Positions 36,412-44,874 of a DNA stretch of 64,000 nt are shown piece by piece. A program made the translations under genes and the position numbers. Within the stretch, counting starts at the first letter, position 1. Every line of letters begins with the position of its first letter. A model generated the notes under the pieces. That model ran no database searches, was not told where the DNA came from, and saw only the letters and a list, made by a program, of their open reading frames with translations. This DNA is from Minisyncoccota bacterium (GTDB taxonomy: Bacteria; Patescibacteriota; Minisyncoccia; Phycocordibacterales; UBA1550): positions 87,008 to 151,007 of the forward strand of contig JALNYL010000001.1 of NCBI GenBank assembly GCA_023229865.1, read 5' to 3'.

Positions 36412-38127
36412 TTATTCCTTTACTACGCGGAGAATTTCCTCAATCGTCGTAACACCGCGTTCTACTTTATTCAAACCATCTTCAAACATCGTCGTCATAC
36501 CATCTTCGATAGCCTTTTTGCGTACTTCGGCTACGGTCGCTTCGCGCAAGATGAGCTCGCGGATAGCATCGGTCACGCGGAAGAGTTCAAAGATACCGAT
36601 CTGCCCCTGGAAGCCAGAGTTGCCGCAGACCTTACAGCCACGACCACGATAGAGCGTGTCCGGCACAGTACTTACCGTATTTCCCGAAAGCTCGATCTGC
36701 GCCTTGATGAGGCGGGTAATCTCTGGGCTCGCAGGATACGACTCAGTACATGAAGCACAGATGCGACGCACGAGACGTTGTGCAATAACGAGGTTGACCG
36801 TCGATGAAAGGAGGAACGCCGGGGCACCCATATCGAGGAGGCGTGGGAGCGCTGAGGTGGCGTCGTTGGTGTGAAGAGAAGAAACCACAAGGTGACCCGT
36901 GAGTGCGGCGTGGATAGCGATTTCTACCGTTTCATTATCACGGATTTCTCCGATCATAATGATGTCAGGATTTTGACGAAGAAGCGCGCGGAGTCCGTTT
37001 GCAAACGTGATGCCCGCCTTAGTGTTTACTTGTGTTTGATTTACACGAGGGAACTCGTACTCAACAGGGTCTTCAATCGTAGTAATGTTGACCGAAGGTG
37101 TGTTGAGGATTTGGAGAATCGCGTAGAGCGTCGTGGTCTTACCGTGACCCGTAGGTCCTGTGACGAGGATCATGCCGTGTGGCTTTTTGATTTCATCTTG
37201 GAGCACCGCTGTCGCCTCTTCAGAGAAGCCGAGGTCCTTGAGTGTGAGGGGACGTGCTGCCCCTTTCAAAATACGCATTTCAACTTTCTCTCCATGGAAA
37301 ACGGGCATGATGTTTACACGCACGTCGATAGCGCCACCGTCTTCCATGTCGAAGTGGAAACGACCGTCTTGTGGCGTGCGGTGTTCGTCGATTTGCATAC
37401 TTGCGAGAATCTTCACACGAGCGACGAGCACAGGGGCAATCGCCTTAGGGAGACTCACGATCTCCTGCATAATACCATCAACACGGAAACGCACGAGGAG
37501 CTCTCGCTCGAGTGGCTCAAAGTGAATGTCTGATGCATTTAAGCTCGCCGCATGATCGATAACGTTGTCGAGAATACTAATAATAGGTACCGCAGCTGCG
37601 CCCTTTGCGATATCGGCATCCCCTGCCACTTCAAGTGACTGCTCGACGTTTTCAGAAATGATTTGATCGAAGTTGATACCAACTTTTTTCTTGTACTGCT
37701 TGAGGCCATAACGAAGGCTGGGGACCGTACTCAGATACACTTCGACCCATACACCAAGCTTGGCACGCACGTACTCGATAGTATCGTAGTCAAAAGGATC
37801 GAGCATCGCGAGCTTTGCAACTCCCTTTTCTTTATCAAAAGCAAAGAGAACGACATTTTTTGATTTCGCATACACCTCAGGGATAAGCTCGAGGACTTCG
37901 TGGCTAATCGTCTCCCCTTCCTTTCTGAGATTTACAATAGGGGCGCCATAGTAAGGGCTGACAAGCTCGGTAAAATAGTCCTCGGGGATTTTCCCTCTAC
38001 CAATGAGAATGTTTGGAATAGACTGCCCCGAGCGACGCGCTTCCTCAGTGGCGGTCACAAAATCCTCCTCGGTCACAAGTCCCGACTCGAGAACAATTTC
38101 TTTTAATTTCTCTTTGGTGATGTGCAT
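36412..38127 (-). CDS. pilB: Type IV pilus assembly ATPase PilB/GspE
   Basis: ASDIHFEP, PQDGR, GPTGHGKTT, TIEDPVE, LRQNPD, GEIRD, tetracysteine motif. Confidence 0.95.
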   Translation of the reverse strand: MHITKEKLKEIVLESGLVTEEDFVTATEEARRSGQSIPNILIGRGKIPEDYFTELVSPYYGAPIVNLRKEGETISHEVLELIPEVYAKSKNVVLFAFDKEKGVAKLAMLDPFDYDTIEYVRAKLGVWVEVYLSTVPSLRYGLKQYKKKVGINFDQIISENVEQSLEVAGDADIAKGAAAVPIISILDNVIDHAASLNASDIHFEPLERELLVRFRVDGIMQEIVSLPKAIAPVLVARVKILASMQIDEHRTPQDGRFHFDMEDGGAIDVRVNIMPVFHGEKVEMRILKGAARPLTLKDLGFSEEATAVLQDEIKKPHGMILVTGPTGHGKTTTLYAILQILNTPSVNITTIEDPVEYEFPRVNQTQVNTKAGITFANGLRALLRQNPDIIMIGEIRDNETVEIAIHAALTGHLVVSSLHTNDATSALPRLLDMGAPAFLLSSTVNLVIAQRLVRRICASCTESYPASPEITRLIKAQIELSGNTVSTVPDTLYRGRGCKVCGNSGFQGQIGIFELFRVTDAIRELILREATVAEVRKKAIEDGMTTMFEDGLNKVERGVTTIEEILRVVKE

Positions 38128-38133
38128 GAGGGG

Positions 38134-38168
38134 TAGAATTTTGAATATGGAATATGGAATTTAGAAAA
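38134..38168. repeat. Degenerate heptamer array in the pilB 5' leader
   Basis: TAGAATT TTGAATA TGGAATA TGGAATT TAGAAAA. Confidence 0.8.
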
Positions 38169-38190
38169 AATACCCACAGAACATACCCAT

Positions 38191-38248
38191 TGATATACTT
38201 ATTAGTATATCATATCTCATTTCATATGTGTCACTACACTGTGGATAA
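38191..38248 (-). promoter_or_regulatory. pilB operon promoter: palindromic extended -10 and a perfect DnaA-box sequence
   Basis: TGATATACT-TATT-AGTATATCA at 38191-38212. TGTGGATAA at 38240-38248. Confidence 0.55.
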
Positions 38249-38250
38249 AG

Positions 38251-38910
38251 CTAGAGCTTGAGAAGCGGATAGAGTGAGAGGAGGCTGAGAATGGGGATTG
38301 CAAAGACAAAAGCAACAGGGACCGTAAGGAGAAGCGCTACGGGGAGATTTACTTTGTTTGATTTTTTGAGCACGATGCGAATAATGACATAGAGCGCCGC
38401 AAATACTCCTGCGAGCGGAATAAGCACGAGTGAACCATACCAACCTGAAATAAGAAACGCGAGAGCAATGATGGCGATATCCCCTTCTTCAAAAAGCGCA
38501 GGACGATACTTTGCATACACACTAAAGAAAAGCGTAACGAGGCCCACAAGAGCAAGGAGTGCGACTGTGATCAAAAAGAAATGCTGGAACGCATAAAATG
38601 CGAAGTATCCGTGGGCTCCCTCAAACATAGGGCGTGTCCATTCGACAAACCACGCAAAAGGAACTTCTTTAGGGAGCGCTATGTTGACGAGGACCTGCCC
38701 GACAGAGCTTCCACTAAACGCGATGTACTGAAGCCACGTTGCAAAGACTCCGTACAAAAGATGAATACTTATCGCGCTCGTGATGAGGCAACGATAGGAA
38801 ATCTTTTTCAAAAGCTCTGGACGCAAGACGCGCAATGCAACAACCGTGAAAAAGATAATCCACACCGCAAGCACAATTATATTAAAATACGAAAAGAAAA
38901 AATTGGTCAT
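38251..38910 (-). CDS. Polytopic membrane protein resembling a prepilin peptidase (A24) C-terminal domain, with only one Asp
   Basis: FEEGDIAII in the position of the GxGD motif, several TM segments, located between the pilins and pilB. Confidence 0.55.
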   Translation of the reverse strand: MTNFFFSYFNIIVLAVWIIFFTVVALRVLRPELLKKISYRCLITSAISIHLLYGVFATWLQYIAFSGSSVGQVLVNIALPKEVPFAWFVEWTRPMFEGAHGYFAFYAFQHFFLITVALLALVGLVTLFFSVYAKYRPALFEEGDIAIIALAFLISGWYGSLVLIPLAGVFAALYVIIRIVLKKSNKVNLPVALLLTVPVAFVFAIPILSLLSLYPLLKL

Positions 38911-38979
38911 AAGGGAAAAGAATGTCGAATAAAAAACTTTACTAGGTTCACAAACTTAAACGTAGGCAAATATTAACAA

Positions 38980-39019
38980 AAAAACACCCAGCTTGTCCAC
39001 GGACAGGCTGGGTGTTTTT
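38980..39019 (-). terminator. Terminator of the major pilin genes
   Basis: AAAAACACCCAGCTTGTCC-AC-GGACAGGCTGGGTGTTTTT. Confidence 0.8.
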
Positions 39020-39035
39020 GAGAGAATTTAATTAG

Positions 39036-39785
39036 TTAGAAGGCTCCTGTTGTAGGGAGAAGATTCAAGGTGTTACCTGTTTCGTAGTAACTATCATTGT
39101 CTCCACCGTCGCGAGTCATCTTAAGCTCATCAGTCTTGTATGCCTGGCTTTCAAGTACAGCGTCGATTTCAAATACATATGCTGGTTTCCCCGCTACGTT
39201 TGAACCGTTCTGACAAGCATAACGATATACAAGGTCTGTAGATGCAACCGTTGCACTTACTGTGTTGACAGGGTCAACAGGGAAAGCTGCAATCGGAGTA
39301 CCCCCCGTAAGAGCCTTGAGGTTTACCGGGATCCAACCGGTACCGTCAACCTTACCAGCTGTTGCTGAGTAATAGCCAGTAGTGCCAAATGTCTGAGCAC
39401 CAGCCGCAGTGTCAGCACCCGGAGTAAGAGCTACAGCGAGTGTAGGAACAGAAGGAATACTGTATGAAATTTTTGCTGCAGTGTTGTTAGAAGTTGAACC
39501 AGCCCATGTCGTAGAAGTAAGACAAGTTGAGCTTGCTGCTCCTGCTGCCGCAAAGTTATCGAGGCTTGGGGTTGAAGATGCGGTGAGCATAATGCCGAGC
39601 GCTGTCTTCACTGACTTCAAGTCAGAGATACGCTGTGCGTCACGCGCCTTCTTCAAGGTTTCCGCAGGGTTCAACATGAACACGAGCGCAATAGAGAGGA
39701 TCGCGATAATCGCAATCACGATGAGGAGCTCAAGGAGGGTGAAACCGCCCTCGCGCTTCTCTTTTAGATTAATGAATGAGTTCAT
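39036..39785 (-). CDS. pilA: Type IV major pilin-like protein (paralog 2)
   Basis: KREGG|FTLLELLIVIAII, LNPAETLKKARDAQRISDL, GWIPVN, PVDPVN. Confidence 0.85.
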   Translation of the reverse strand: MNSFINLKEKREGGFTLLELLIVIAIIAILSIALVFMLNPAETLKKARDAQRISDLKSVKTALGIMLTASSTPSLDNFAAAGAASSTCLTSTTWAGSTSNNTAAKISYSIPSVPTLAVALTPGADTAAGAQTFGTTGYYSATAGKVDGTGWIPVNLKALTGGTPIAAFPVDPVNTVSATVASTDLVYRYACQNGSNVAGKPAYVFEIDAVLESQAYKTDELKMTRDGGDNDSYYETGNTLNLLPTTGAF

Positions 39786-39810
39786 AATGATTAAGAAAGA
39801 TTAGAGATAA

Positions 39811-40533
39811 TTAGAAATCAAAACTCGTACCAAGAATTCTGAGGTTGGTTCCAACTTCGTAGAAGTTTGAGTTGTTTCCTCCATCGGTTGTACGCTTGTC
39901 GTCTGCACCTGTTGTGTATGCATCACTTTCAAGGATAGCATCGATTTCAAATGCAAGGGGTGACGCAGAACATGCGTAACGATAGAAGGCACTATCACTC
40001 GTAATATCCGAAACAGAGTCATCTCCACCCTGTGTCGTCTTTACATTGAATGTATTTGATGGGTCAACAGGAAGATTTGAGATAGGAGAACCACCTGTCA
40101 ATGTGTCAAAGTTTACAGGGATCCATCCATTGCCATCAGTGAGAGCAGGAACTGCTACGTTTATTGGATCAGGGATACTTGTATTTCCGCCATCAATAGT
40201 TGCATCTGTAATTGTCCCCGCACCAACAAGTGAGTAATAAACGATGTCCCCTGAAACATATGCGCCTGTTGGAGTTGCCTTGCAAGCAGCATTTGTCCCC
40301 CCATCCAAACGTGGTGATGATGTACTCGTCAAATAAAGTCCGAGCGCTGTCTTCATGGTACTCAAGTCAGAAATACGCTGTGCGTCGCGAGACTTCTTGA
40401 GCGCTTCTGCTGGGTTCAAAACGAGCACGAGTGCAACTGACAAAATTGCGATGATCGAGATAACGATCAAGAGCTCGAGGAGGGTGAAACCGCCCTCGCG
40501 CTTGTCTTTCATATTCATTGAAATCATATTCAT
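39811..40533 (-). CDS. pilA: Type IV major pilin-like protein (paralog 1)
   Basis: KREGG|FTLLELLIVISII, LNPAEALKKSRDAQRISDL, GWIPVN, PVDPSN. Confidence 0.85.
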   Translation of the reverse strand: MNMISMNMKDKREGGFTLLELLIVISIIAILSVALVLVLNPAEALKKSRDAQRISDLSTMKTALGLYLTSTSSPRLDGGTNAACKATPTGAYVSGDIVYYSLVGAGTITDATIDGGNTSIPDPINVAVPALTDGNGWIPVNFDTLTGGSPISNLPVDPSNTFNVKTTQGGDDSVSDITSDSAFYRYACSASPLAFEIDAILESDAYTTGADDKRTTDGGNNSNFYEVGTNLRILGTSFDF

Positions 40534-40637
40534 TAAAAATTAACTAATTAATACGTTATTTATTATAACATTGTATCAACTTTTTTGCATAGTATCTAAA
40601 GAAGACTTATACACAGGGATGGGGGTTTTACAACATT

Positions 40638-40742
40638 TGACCATTGACCCCGCCTACGCGGACAGGTGACAAGGAACGCCGTTTGCTTACAGCAAACGGC
40701 GTTCCTTGTGGTTAATTGTCAAAAGTCACACGTCAATTGTCC
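40638..40742. repeat. 19-bp-arm perfect inverted repeat flanked by inverted TTGAC/GTCAA-type heptamers
   Basis: ACAAGGAACGCCGTTTGCT-TAC-AGCAAACGGCGTTCCTTGT at 40669-40709. TTGACCA TTGACCC on the left, TTGTCAA AAGTCAC ACGTCAA on the right. Confidence 0.75.
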
Positions 40743-40750
40743 TCGCGTTA

Positions 40751-41128
40751 CTACGCGAGATACCCCTTCACCTTATCCACCACTTCTTGAATCGAGGTGT
40801 TTACCTTTACCAAATATTCCTTGGCACCCAGCGCGAGAGCGCGGTCTTGGTCGCTCTGTTGTCCGAGATTTGAAAGCACAACGACGGGAATCCCTGCTAC
40901 TTCAGGGTTTTTCTTGATTTCTTCGAGTACGACAAAGCCGTCTTTCTTGGGAATCATGAGGTCGAGGAGGATGAGGTTGGGCTTCTCGGCGATAATCTTT
41001 GTGACAGCCTCTTCCCCATCGCGCGCGAGCGATGAGACAATCCCTTCTTTGGCAAGCTTAATCTCGTACACACGAGAAATGTGCTCATCGTCCTCAACAA
41101 TCATTACTTTTTTCTTGTTTTCGTCCAT
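40751..41128 (-). CDS. Single-domain response regulator
   Basis: VMIVEDD, LILLD, VLSN, YLVK. Confidence 0.93.
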   Translation of the reverse strand: MDENKKKVMIVEDDEHISRVYEIKLAKEGIVSSLARDGEEAVTKIIAEKPNLILLDLMIPKKDGFVVLEEIKKNPEVAGIPVVVLSNLGQQSDQDRALALGAKEYLVKVNTSIQEVVDKVKGYLA

Positions 41129-41156
41129 GGTATGCCTTGATTACTATCTTATCACA

Positions 41157-41713
41157 CTATCCCAAGTGCTCACTATTTTTATACTTTGCGAGTTCTTCTT
41201 CGAGTCTCTTGATCTCCGCCTTGAGCTCAATCATTTTCAACTCGCGATCAACGACAAACTTATTCATCTTCTCAAGCTCTGCGAGGTGCTGCCTGTCCTT
41301 CTCTTCAATCTGCTTCTTGCTGTCAATCACCGTGCGGAGTGCTGCATAATTTTTTATCGTACCATCGGCCCCAAAAATAGGGACAATGGTTGCCTCCACC
41401 CAGTAGTAGCTTCCGTCCTTGGCGCGATTCTTTACTTCCCCACGCCAAATCTTGCCGCTCGAAATCGTCTTCCAAAGCTCTACGAAAATCTCTTGCGGTT
41501 GATGTCCTGATTTCAAAATGCGGTGGTTCTGCCCAAGGAGTTCCTCGAGTGAATACTTGAAATCTCGACGAATTTTTCGTTTGCATACACAATATCTCCT
41601 TTTGCGTCTGTCACTGAAAAAATAGCGTTTGCGGAAAGTGCATCAATGATAGCGCGATACACATCAGAGGTTAACTCTAGTTGTTTAAGATTATCGTTGT
41701 TTATTTCTTCCAT
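41157..41713 (-). pseudogene. PAS-domain/coiled-coil protein split by a 1-nt frameshift (or a sequence error)
   Basis: Adding one base at 41557-41558 joins ...ANEKFVEIS to KYSLEELLGQNHRILKSGHQP...NRAKDGSYYWV, giving a continuous 185-aa PAS protein. Confidence 0.85.
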
Positions 41714-41724
41714 AATATTTTAAA

Positions 41725-42423
41725 TTACTTAGACATATACCCAGAGAATTCCTCCGTCCTTACTTGTGTGTCCATTATACCAGAATCAAAAAGAAACTGC
41801 TCTACCTTCTCCACCATGAGCGGTGCGCCGACGATGTACCACATCGCGTTTGGCTGTCTTTCCATCGTAGGAATAAAAATCTCTTTTGTAGGGATGCCGA
41901 GAAATTCTTCAAACGTGAAGTGTGGATTTTGAGAAGCGAGCGCGCGGAGCTCTTGGCGGTAGGCGGTGGTTTCAGCTTTTGCGTTGCAATAAAGGAGTGT
42001 GATTTTTTGTGGAGATCCTGCCTCTGTCGCAAAACGTACCATACTCAAGAGCGGCGTAATACCGATACCCCCCGCTACAAAAATGAGTGGGGTATGAGGG
42101 CTCTCAGGAAGCGTAAGGACTCCTTTGGGTCCGTCGATATTTACCACGCCACCGACGGGGAGCGCAAGGATCGCAGTCTTGAAGATACTCTGCGAAGAGC
42201 GAAAAGATATCGAGATTTCGTTTGGGTTGCTCGGCGACGATGCAATAGAAAAATCATGATATCTATCAGTAACAGAAGCGCCCTCGAGCGACGGCCCTTC
42301 TACTGATACATACTGTCCTGCTTTGAACGCAAAACCAGGGTCATCCACACGAAAGGTCATCTCAGTCGTGTTCTCTGCGATTTCTTTTTTTTGTATAAGG
42401 GTCCCCGTGAAATGACGAATCAT
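41725..42423 (-). CDS. Ferredoxin-NADP reductase-like FAD/NAD(P)-binding oxidoreductase
   Basis: FKAGQY, FSIASSP, DGPKG, AGGIGITP, TEEF. Confidence 0.9.
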   Translation of the reverse strand: MIRHFTGTLIQKKEIAENTTEMTFRVDDPGFAFKAGQYVSVEGPSLEGASVTDRYHDFSIASSPSNPNEISISFRSSQSIFKTAILALPVGGVVNIDGPKGVLTLPESPHTPLIFVAGGIGITPLLSMVRFATEAGSPQKITLLYCNAKAETTAYRQELRALASQNPHFTFEEFLGIPTKEIFIPTMERQPNAMWYIVGAPLMVEKVEQFLFDSGIMDTQVRTEEFSGYMSK

Positions 42424-42438
42424 ATGTTAAATAAATAA

Positions 42439-44874
42439 TTAAACTGTTGTAGTAACAGTAACAGGAACCGTAAAGAAGAACGTAGACCCCTTACCCTCTT
42501 CACTTTCAAACCAAACTCTTCCACCCCAAGCCTCTACCAAATCTTTCACAAGAGCCAAACCGAGGCCCGAACCATCAGGCACCTGCATGCGGGCGTTTTC
42601 TGCGCGGAAGAACTTTGAGAAAATACGATTCTTCTGGTGCGCAGGGATGCCGATACCACTGTCGCTGACAGAGTATATAACCTCTTTCCCACCATCACCA
42701 ATTCTCCAAGTGATTTTAATGGTGCCATTTTCGGGAGTATAACGAATCGCATTTGAAACGAGGTTGAGAATCACTTGGCGCAAGATAAGTGGGTCGAGCC
42801 AGACCGCCACAGGCACCGCCTCTGAAGGGTCGACGGCGAGCGTAAGCTTCTTATCATTGATCTGAGAGTTGAGCTCTTTTGTAATATCGCCCGTAAACGA
42901 ACTGAGGTCAATCAAACTTCTGTTCATCTTTACCTTGCCGTTTTCTACACGAGAAATACCAAGAAGGAGGTCAACCGTCTGATAGAGACGTTCTGCTCCG
43001 CCGTGAATCTCTTTCATAAAATCTTTTTGCGAATCATTGAGCGTGCCTGCATCTTCGGACAAAAGCATTTCTGAATACCAACGAATCGAGGTAAGTGGCG
43101 TGCGAAGCTGATGCGAAGCCACTGAGATAAAGCTCGACTTTGCCTCATCAAGCACACGGTCCGAAGTCACATCACGGATAACGATCACCGCCCCCGCAAA
43201 GCGACCATTGATAGGCGCGATCGAGACGGTCACGGGAAGTTGTGTAGAACGACCCTTGGTAAGGATGTAAAGATTATCTTCGAGTGTCGAAGTGATCGCT
43301 TCTTTGGTGCGGAACATTTCTTCTGTTGGCCAATCTTTTGGCTCTACGTATTGCTTCTTTTTGTAGAGCTTCATAATATCGCGCAAATCTTTACTGAGAA
43401 GTTCTTCGCGCGCCATCCCGAGCACTTCAAGTGCCTTGGTGTTTACGAGAATAATTTTATAGTCGAGATCAATAAGGACGAGTGCGTCTCCAATCGACGT
43501 AATAATAGTCTGAAGCTTGTTCCCCTCTTCTTCGAGCTTCTCTTTTGCCTTCCATGAATCCTCGAGGAGGTTCAACGTCGCACGTTTGGATTCCTCAAGA
43601 AATTTTTCTTGTTTTTCGTGTTCACCCAAGTCTCTTTCCAAAAGTGTTGCTTTTTCTTCTACAAGACGGCGTGACTCCTCGAGGTCTTTTTGGTTATTAC
43701 GAATTGCGTCCACCATGGTGTTGAACATAGTAGCGAGACGTCCTGTTTCGTCATTAGTAGAAACTTTAACCTTTACATCAAAGTTGCCGTTCATCACACG
43801 CTCAAGTGCCGCGATAATCTCATTCACGCGACGTAGGGGGGGTCTCACAAAGAATACAATAACCAGCATTCCCCCAAGGAGGAGAAGGGTGCCGGCAACC
43901 GTCGACTCGTACATAAGCGCGGTAAATGGCGCAAAAATCTCATCTTTGTTTACTTCTACAAGGAGCACGAGGCCTTCATCAGGGAGACACATAGAAGCAC
44001 CAAGGACTTGCTCCCCGCGATAATCTTCATATTCGGTAGTTACCTCTTCTATGTCTTCGAAACATTTGCGTACAGGGAATGTGTCTACCTTTTGACGCGT
44101 CTTCACATCCTTCACATAGCGAGTTGGTGTGACCATCAGGTGATCACTGTTTACCAAATATATTTCTGAAGTATCATAACTCGACAAAAGTGCGCGACCA
44201 GTACGCGCCCCGGCCTTGAGTTGAGCTTCTCCACTCAACACATCCGCGATCTCGTCGATACTCAAAAAGTGAATCATGAGCACCGCATCAAGAGGGGCAA
44301 ACTCCCCCGAGCTACTCTGTGTAAAAATTCGTGTCGTGGCGTGCGCCATTGGTTCGGAAGATTCATCTTCTTCAAAAACCACACTTTTCACAAACGCTTC
44401 ACCAAAGGAAGAATTGATGGTTTGAGAAAAGTAAGAAATCTTGTGCTGTCGCTCTTCTTCAGCCTCATCTCTCCCAATGCGCGTAGGGTCTGTCGAAGCA
44501 ACAACTAAACCATTTTTATCGAGGATATCAGCAAAAAGCACCGTCTTGTCATACGGCATCTTTTTCTCTGTCACATAGTCCGCAAATGCTTTTGTCGCGC
44601 GGGTGCGATCAGAAGTCCCCTCTTTTGTGTTTAAAATATTTTCTGCAATGTCTTGAAGAAGTGGATCCGCTGACCAATCCAAGACTCTTCCCTTCATCTT
44701 TCCTAAAAATGTGTAGTACGCTCCTTCGCTCTGCTCCGCAAAAATGCGCACATCGTTGGTCGTCTGCTTTTTGAACGTATCGCCGATCACATACTGACCA
44801 TACGAAGCAACTATCACTGCTGTGACAAAAAATGAGATTCCAAAAAATAAAATTGTTTTTGTGCGGAGCTTCAT
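42439..44874 (-). CDS. Sensor histidine kinase: TM, Cache-like ectodomain, TM, HAMP, coiled coil, PAS, HisKA, HATPase
   Basis: HAMP (DETGRLATMFNTM), ASHQLRTPL, NAIRYT, DSGIGI, GSGLGL. Confidence 0.92.
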   Translation of the reverse strand: MKLRTKTILFFGISFFVTAVIVASYGQYVIGDTFKKQTTNDVRIFAEQSEGAYYTFLGKMKGRVLDWSADPLLQDIAENILNTKEGTSDRTRATKAFADYVTEKKMPYDKTVLFADILDKNGLVVASTDPTRIGRDEAEEERQHKISYFSQTINSSFGEAFVKSVVFEEDESSEPMAHATTRIFTQSSSGEFAPLDAVLMIHFLSIDEIADVLSGEAQLKAGARTGRALLSSYDTSEIYLVNSDHLMVTPTRYVKDVKTRQKVDTFPVRKCFEDIEEVTTEYEDYRGEQVLGASMCLPDEGLVLLVEVNKDEIFAPFTALMYESTVAGTLLLLGGMLVIVFFVRPPLRRVNEIIAALERVMNGNFDVKVKVSTNDETGRLATMFNTMVDAIRNNQKDLEESRRLVEEKATLLERDLGEHEKQEKFLEESKRATLNLLEDSWKAKEKLEEEGNKLQTIITSIGDALVLIDLDYKIILVNTKALEVLGMAREELLSKDLRDIMKLYKKKQYVEPKDWPTEEMFRTKEAITSTLEDNLYILTKGRSTQLPVTVSIAPINGRFAGAVIVIRDVTSDRVLDEAKSSFISVASHQLRTPLTSIRWYSEMLLSEDAGTLNDSQKDFMKEIHGGAERLYQTVDLLLGISRVENGKVKMNRSLIDLSSFTGDITKELNSQINDKKLTLAVDPSEAVPVAVWLDPLILRQVILNLVSNAIRYTPENGTIKITWRIGDGGKEVIYSVSDSGIGIPAHQKNRIFSKFFRAENARMQVPDGSGLGLALVKDLVEAWGGRVWFESEEGKGSTFFFTVPVTVTTTV

